A stretch of DNA of 64,000 bases, taken from contig SMSO01000031.1 in NCBI GenBank assembly GCA_004764695.1, positions 2,084,436 through 2,148,435 on the forward strand, in the 5' to 3' direction. The DNA comes from Schizochytrium sp. TIO01. Its lineage: Eukaryota > Protista > Bigyra: Labyrinthulomycetes. The notes below the pieces were generated by a model, which was given only the letters and a program-made list of their open reading frames with translations, was not told the DNA's origin and did no database searches. Below, one piece after another: positions 58,497-64,000 of the stretch. Both the position numbers and the translations under genes were made by a program. Position 1 is the first letter of the stretch. Every line of letters begins with the position of its first letter.

Positions 58497-59831
58497 TTAA
58501 TGTGACGTCTTGGCAGTAGAAGTAGTAGTAGCAGCAGTAGAAATTGTAAAGGGTCTTTTCTTGCGAACTTGAAGAGCAGCATCGCGGGTTTCGGGTGCTA
58601 AAGAAGCAGTGGCGGCGAGATCAACAAACTGAAAGATGAGAGAAAGCAAACTACATCGGTGTTCAGCTATTTTAGGGAGGCGAAAGCGAAATCGAAGCGC
58701 CTCACGATGCACCTGATTTGGCCCGAAACATGACATTGTATTTTGATCACTCACATGAATGAGCTCTATATAGTCTTGCAGCACCTGCAAAGCTTTGACA
58801 ATATTTGGCGATAAGAAATGTGCAACCAGTTCGCTACAATCAGTATGGCAAAGGAGCCCATTCGGCAAAAGCTCTAGAGGAACAGGGCGAGTCAACATAG
58901 CAACATCATGCATGGTGTCCCTTACGAATGCTAGATCCTTGCGGCGTAGAATACAGAATACAAATGGCTCCATTGTGGCAGGCACAAGAGGCACGTCAAC
59001 AAAGATCACATCTTTCCATTCAGAAAAGAATCCGTACAAAAGTGAGAGACAGTCTTGACGTGGCCGCAGGTCCAAGTCTATAAGGCAGCACATACAGTTT
59101 CTTCGGCCACTAGCATATAAACGGAAGCATCGATAACTTTCCACCTGGAGAACAGCGGATTTGAAAGGCCGAGCGATGTCCTTTGCATTGAGCTCATCAG
59201 TGGTTCGTAGAGGGATACCTACACAGTGAAACTCATGCTGAAGTACTGGCCAGACGTCATTAACCCATCTCGTGGCAATCGAACGATTTCGGTAAGAGCC
59301 GAACATAAACACAAGGACATATAAGAGAAAGAGCCCAACAAATGGCATGTTTAAGACTTCAATTATAATTGCAGTCACTGTTGTCGACGGGTCTTCTCGT
59401 GGCAATACACCCCATGATATCCAACCGCCTGTTCCATGTTGATGAACATTGCTTTCACATGTGTCTTGCTGCACTGCTGCCGAAGCCATATGCAGTTCGG
59501 CAGCACAGCCCTTTGTCATGACTTCAAATGTCACCATGAAGATTAAATACATAGTAAATGAGCAATAGCTAATTGGAGTCACCTTATTCCTAGCTTTCCT
59601 TCTTCTACCCTTCTGGTCAGACAGCAGTAGATTTTGTGCTTCTTGTTGATTTCGCTCTTGATAGACTCGTTCTTCAGGTTGTCCAGGCTGTTGTTTCTTT
59701 TGTCGATGCTTACCTAAGTCATCATCTTGCCATGAACTCAATAAAACTAGGATTTCTGACAGCTCTCGTCGTTTCAAAAGGGCAGTGCGCCAGCAGGATG
59801 AAGTTGGTGTTGTCTTGCCTTGCATTTTCAT
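58497..59831 (-). CDS. CCDC47: CCDC47/PAT-complex-like (DUF1682) protein, apparently lacking the C-terminal coiled coil
   Basis: TM helix followed by GSYRNRSIATRW...LQHEFHCVG, F.LYASGRRNC...DLDLRPRQD.LS, MEPFVFCIL, IELIHVSDQ. Start uncertain; ATG 59831 used. Confidence 0.8.
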   Translation of the reverse strand: MKMQGKTTPTSSCWRTALLKRRELSEILVLLSSWQDDDLGKHRQKKQQPGQPEERVYQERNQQEAQNLLLSDQKGRRRKARNKVTPISYCSFTMYLIFMVTFEVMTKGCAAELHMASAAVQQDTCESNVHQHGTGGWISWGVLPREDPSTTVTAIIIEVLNMPFVGLFLLYVLVFMFGSYRNRSIATRWVNDVWPVLQHEFHCVGIPLRTTDELNAKDIARPFKSAVLQVESYRCFRLYASGRRNCMCCLIDLDLRPRQDCLSLLYGFFSEWKDVIFVDVPLVPATMEPFVFCILRRKDLAFVRDTMHDVAMLTRPVPLELLPNGLLCHTDCSELVAHFLSPNIVKALQVLQDYIELIHVSDQNTMSCFGPNQVHREALRFRFRLPKIAEHRCSLLSLIFQFVDLAATASLAPETRDAALQVRKKRPFTISTAATTTSTAKTSH

Positions 59832-60261
59832 TCTTCTTTTAAAGCCCAACAACGGCTTTCAACAACCTCAAACACCTTCCTTGGCAGCACTTACGCCAGC
59901 ACCGCTAGGTGAAGCGGCACCGGCTTGGGCATGCAGTGGCTTTGCTCGTTTGCTTGCTCACCTGCTTACTGCTGTTTACTCGCTCTTTGCCACGGTGGTG
60001 CTTGATTATTTCTTCCTCATGTACTTACCTACCTATTTCACTTCCTATGTAGTAAGCATTAGCTGGATCTTGCCACTTATTTTCCCCATTTTGTCCCTTT
60101 TCCCAGATATAATTTGGGTGAACTGGAGACACATGAACGGACACTTGGTTCTTGTAGATGTCTTGCATTTATTTCCACGACACATCTATTTCCCTCAAAC
60201 TCCACCGCGGGCTAACGCTCGCTGTCTTGAGGCTGGAAAACTCTTCCTAGGGGTGAGGGAG

Positions 60262-63200
60262 ATGTCGGGGCGCCCAGCCTCACGCCCGACGTCGAAGAGC
60301 TCAGTTACATCGAGGCGACTCTTGTACGAAAACCAACCTGAGCCGCCGCGGGGCCCGGCAAGAGAGGAAACGAGTAGTGATAGCAGCAGCGAGGAAGATG
60401 AGGACAATAATTCAACAGTGGAAAATAATGTACAAGGTTCCACGCCCCGCGGCGAAGATGGTCCGATTCGCATTAAGAGTCTGCACCAGCGTTGGATAAA
60501 CAGTGGAGAATTGCCCTCGCCGGGAGCAGGTGCTTCTTGGAAAGGCAAAAAAAATGCTAGGTCTCCCACTGCAGCTTCTCGAAAACGCTCGCGGCATATG
60601 ACCATGTCACCAAGGCATAATCAATTACAGCCTTTACCTGGCCAACAGCGGCGTAGGAAGGACGAACGTTGGAGCGAGTTAACGCCATTTGAGAAACAGG
60701 CAATCATTGTCGGTGAGGAAAATCCGCGGGCATTGAGATCCCTCTTGGTGAACTTTCTTAAAGATGACAATGGGAATTTTCGAAAACACTTGGATCTGAG
60801 TAAGCACGCTCAAGAAAGTGGCCTTGCTGTGACGGACGCAACTTTACAAGAGATTGCAGATATACACCCGCTCGTGGAGGGAATTACGGCAGCAGATTGC
60901 AACGAAATTACTGATGTTGGCTTGTGGGCTCTCGCTCGTTCTTGTGAAAATTTGCTTGATATTAACTTAGCAAGGTGTCATAAAATCACTCATGTTGGTT
61001 TGCGCTCTTTAGCATTACGTTGTAGCATGCTCAAGCGGCTTGTTCTAAATCAATGCCATAATGTGAATGATCTCAGTATTCGTGTGGTTGCTGCAGGTTG
61101 CACATCACTTCGACATGTCTCACTTGAGGGTTGCAAACTTGTAACGGATGGAAGTTTGAGTGAACTTGCTCGGTGCTGCAAGTCACTCCGAACTTTAAAT
61201 TTGAAGAACTGCGCCAAGTTGTGCGAATTTGGGGACAAAGCACTCATTGAGCTGGGCCAGTCTGCCGCCAAACTTCGCGAGATTGATCTGTCGGGATGTG
61301 AGCATGTTCGCGATGCTGGCCTTCGGGCATTGGCTGAAGGGTGTCCCGAGCTAAAGGTGGTCCGTGCTTCAGGATGTGGTCAATTGACTGGCGCTTCACT
61401 CCGGGCGTTGGCTCGGGGATGTCCAGCAATTGGGTCTCTTGGTTTAGGAGAGTGTGGTTTACTATGCAATCGCGACACGTGGATTATTGCAGAAAGTTTT
61501 CCGAACTTAAAGAGCTTGAGTTTCCGTGGTGTCGTGCGTCTCAAATCTGAAGGCATTCGTGGTCTATGTGAGATGGGCGAGCGACTTGAAGTGCTTAACC
61601 TCGCTGGGTGTCATCAACTGGATGACGAGTGTTTGACACTAATGGGTAATACGATGGTTAAACTATCTCGATTAGACCTGTCTGGGCTGCCAAACATTAC
61701 AAGACGCGGCGTACGGGACTTATGCCATGGGTGTTTACGCTTGGTAAATCTCGAGCTTGCGCACTGTCCCCGGCTAACACGTAAAATGCTTAAGGAGCTC
61801 TGCCTGGATTTACCATTCGTGAAGGTAGCTCCGGACCGAATGGCCCTAATTCCTCGCCCGAATGCAATGCAGATGATTCTTGAGACTGAGCAAATGAGAG
61901 TTGAGCACGCTGCTGCTGTTGTCATTCAAAAGCTTGTACGTGGTGTTCGCGCAAGGGGTGGTGCCAAGCGAATCAAATATTGGGCCATGCGGAGGTTTGT
62001 AGTATCTAAAATGCAAGCAATTATTCGTGGATATTTGACAAGAAAGCATTTGCGGATAGAACGTGAGCGTCGAGAGCAAGCACGCGCAGCATTATACGTG
62101 CAAAGATACTATCGTGGACATCGTGGCCGTGAACGAGCAAGGATTCAACGCCGATTAGTGGCTCTACGTGCAGACCAGAGTGTAGCTGCGCTAAGAATTC
62201 AAGCTGTGTTTCGAGGATGGCAAGGTCGTAAAATTGTAGCACGTATTCGTCGCGACTTGGCTTTGCAAGCGCTGCGAGCCATTGAAGAGCGTAACAAACA
62301 GGAAAAAATGGCACTGCGAATTCAACGCACGTTCAGAGGACGTCAAGGCTATTTAGCTTACCTGGTGCTAGTCGAAATGAAACGTCTTGAAGCGGAGCGT
62401 CAGTTTGCAGAAAAAATGGCAGCCATGAAGCTCCAAGCAGTCTGGCGGCGCCGTGTAGCCTACCAGGAACTTATGGCACTACGTGCAGCCAAGCTAAGAC
62501 GGGAGCTTGAGCAACGATCCGCTGTAGTCATGCAGCGCGTGTATCGAGGTATGTTAGGACGGCGCCTTGCAAAGGCTGCTCGGAAGACTCAAGAGTGGAA
62601 GTTGCAGCAAACTTCAGCTGTAATCATTCAACGTATGTGGCGTGGATGTCGAGGGCGTCACATTGCTGCCCTTATGCAAAGTCTTGCAACGCTCATCGAG
62701 CGCGAGCAAGATGCGGCTTGCACTATTCAAACATTTTGGCGAAGTCACCAAGCTGTCGCTTTGTTCGAATTTCTCAAACTTGTCAAAGCCGATAAAGAGC
62801 GAAGAGAACACGCTGCATTGCAAATTCAGCGTGTTTTCCGCGGTCACAAGGGCCGGGAGGAACGCGAAGTTCTGGAAGTGCTGGTGGAATACGAGAATGA
62901 GCTTGCACCATTGCGTAATCTTGAAGCACACTATGCAAAAGAGCGCGACGTGGGCCAAACAAAGCTTGATGAGGTTGTAAGCCGTCAAGCGAAAATGAAG
63001 AGCCAGGTGGAGGACCTTGAATTAGAGCTGGACGAGGTTTCTAAGCATAGATCTAAATGGTATGACTCAGCCAATGTCACTGGTACCTTGCAGCGCTATC
63101 GCACAAGTTATCTGGCGCAGGCTTTGCGAGGCCAGATCGAGGTGTTCCGTGCCAAGCTTCAAGCTATGCAAGTGCAAGAGATTGATCCACTAAGAATCGA

Positions 63201-64000
63201 CGTGCGCAATTTGGAAAAGCAACATCGTGACATTGTAAGACAACTTGCTCCTCGTGAGGCTGGTTTAACATTCGAAATTCGTAGAACTCGGCCAGCTCGT
63301 ATTCGTGCGCGTCTGAAACTCCGTGAAGAGAGTGCCACGAAAATTCAAGAGTCGTTCCGAGGGTATCGTGTCAGACTTGCTCACACCATCGGTGGTGGGC
63401 ACTGGCAAGAAGCCCACGACGAAACGAGTGGCGCAACTTATTACTATAATGTTTACACCCAAGAGAGGAGCTTCCAGGCTCCATGGGCGTTCCGCGTGCT
63501 GCGCGATGATGCTAAGCGTCAAGAACAAAATGCTTTGGAAAAGCTCTTTCGGGTTGTGGATAATGCAAAGGCATCTGTTACCTGGCAGCAGTTCTTTGAT
63601 GAAACAACCGGTTACCCATTTTGGTTTAACGCCAAGACCAATGAGTATCGCTGGGAAGCACCAGCAGAGTTTGCTGCTGCTGAACGACAATTGTCCTACA
63701 ACCCAGAGGATCTTGCAAAAGTTGATATCTCCAGTTCTGCGCGGCTTCGTGAGACAGGGAGTGATGTTGCTTGGGTTGAGTATGCTGATGAAGAAGGTCG
63801 CCTGTACTACTACAATGCACTCACACAACAGGCCCAATGGGAAAAACCAATTGGCTTCGATTCTAAGTGGCTGGCACATGAAGACGCGAAAGCACTTACA
63901 GCCCGTTCTACACGTGTTCGTACGGCACGTGCGTCTGACTGGACTGAGTTTCAGGACGAGCAAGGGAATCTTTACTATTGGAACCAGCGCACTGGGACTA
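60262..64000 (+). CDS. LRR (FBXL-type) + about 11 IQ + coiled coil + at least 4 WW domain protein; 3'-partial and missing from the ORF track
   Basis: Manual translation found no stop to the window end. LRRs such as DCNEITDVGLWALARSC and LEGCKLVTDGSL; IQs from about 61921 (IQKLVRG, IQAVFRGWQGR, IQRVFRGHKGR); WW starting at Trp 63403, 63583, 63772 and 63940. In-frame upstream ATGs also exist at 60019 and 60133. Confidence 0.92.
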   Translation, partial: MSGRPASRPTSKSSVTSRRLLYENQPEPPRGPAREETSSDSSSEEDEDNNSTVENNVQGSTPRGEDGPIRIKSLHQRWINSGELPSPGAGASWKGKKNARSPTAASRKRSRHMTMSPRHNQLQPLPGQQRRRKDERWSELTPFEKQAIIVGEENPRALRSLLVNFLKDDNGNFRKHLDLSKHAQESGLAVTDATLQEIADIHPLVEGITAADCNEITDVGLWALARSCENLLDINLARCHKITHVGLRSLALRCSMLKRLVLNQCHNVNDLSIRVVAAGCTSLRHVSLEGCKLVTDGSLSELARCCKSLRTLNLKNCAKLCEFGDKALIELGQSAAKLREIDLSGCEHVRDAGLRALAEGCPELKVVRASGCGQLTGASLRALARGCPAIGSLGLGECGLLCNRDTWIIAESFPNLKSLSFRGVVRLKSEGIRGLCEMGERLEVLNLAGCHQLDDECLTLMGNTMVKLSRLDLSGLPNITRRGVRDLCHGCLRLVNLELAHCPRLTRKMLKELCLDLPFVKVAPDRMALIPRPNAMQMILETEQMRVEHAAAVVIQKLVRGVRARGGAKRIKYWAMRRFVVSKMQAIIRGYLTRKHLRIERERREQARAALYVQRYYRGHRGRERARIQRRLVALRADQSVAALRIQAVFRGWQGRKIVARIRRDLALQALRAIEERNKQEKMALRIQRTFRGRQGYLAYLVLVEMKRLEAERQFAEKMAAMKLQAVWRRRVAYQELMALRAAKLRRELEQRSAVVMQRVYRGMLGRRLAKAARKTQEWKLQQTSAVIIQRMWRGCRGRHIAALMQSLATLIEREQDAACTIQTFWRSHQAVALFEFLKLVKADKERREHAALQIQRVFRGHKGREEREVLEVLVEYENELAPLRNLEAHYAKERDVGQTKLDEVVSRQAKMKSQVEDLELELDEVSKHRSKWYDSANVTGTLQRYRTSYLAQALRGQIEVFRAKLQAMQVQEIDPLRIDVRNLEKQHRDIVRQLAPREAGLTFEIRRTRPARIRARLKLREESATKIQESFRGYRVRLAHTIGGGHWQEAHDETSGATYYYNVYTQERSFQAPWAFRVLRDDAKRQEQNALEKLFRVVDNAKASVTWQQFFDETTGYPFWFNAKTNEYRWEAPAEFAAAERQLSYNPEDLAKVDISSSARLRETGSDVAWVEYADEEGRLYYYNALTQQAQWEKPIGFDSKWLAHEDAKALTARSTRVRTARASDWTEFQDEQGNLYYWNQRTGT

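Overview
Eukaryotic, intron-poor genomic DNA with compact, mostly single-exon genes and microsatellite-rich AT-rich spacers. I found no rRNA, tRNA, CRISPR array or intact transposon. Gene content and repeat style are consistent with a stramenopile, probably a thraustochytrid/labyrinthulomycete; this is inference only. About 19 protein genes are supported: a CDP-alcohol phosphotransferase-cytidylyltransferase fusion, PIG-H, an FHA+forkhead-like protein, a tetraspanin-like protein, a Rab GTPase, two large LRR-IQ proteins, an EcKL/APH-type kinase, a PfkB kinase, Mpv17/PMP22, a peroxisomal enoyl-CoA isomerase, a two-exon tandem-RGS protein, a DUF4833 protein, a TPR protein, an unconventional myosin, a CCDC47-like protein and three unknowns. 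One LRR-IQ gene (with WW domains) runs off the right edge and is absent from the ORF track. The most notable observations are: (1) the lipid-synthesis fusion, whose CDP-alcohol motif has lost four of eight invariant residues including the catalytic Asp; (2) an Fkh/FOXK-style FHA-forkhead architecture with rewritten recognition residues; (3) a decayed TM-RGS-like gene next to an RGS-RGS-CaaX gene; (4) a possible transposase-derived domain in a His-rich protein. I see no clear multi-gene novel system. All family calls are from motif recognition by eye, not database searches.
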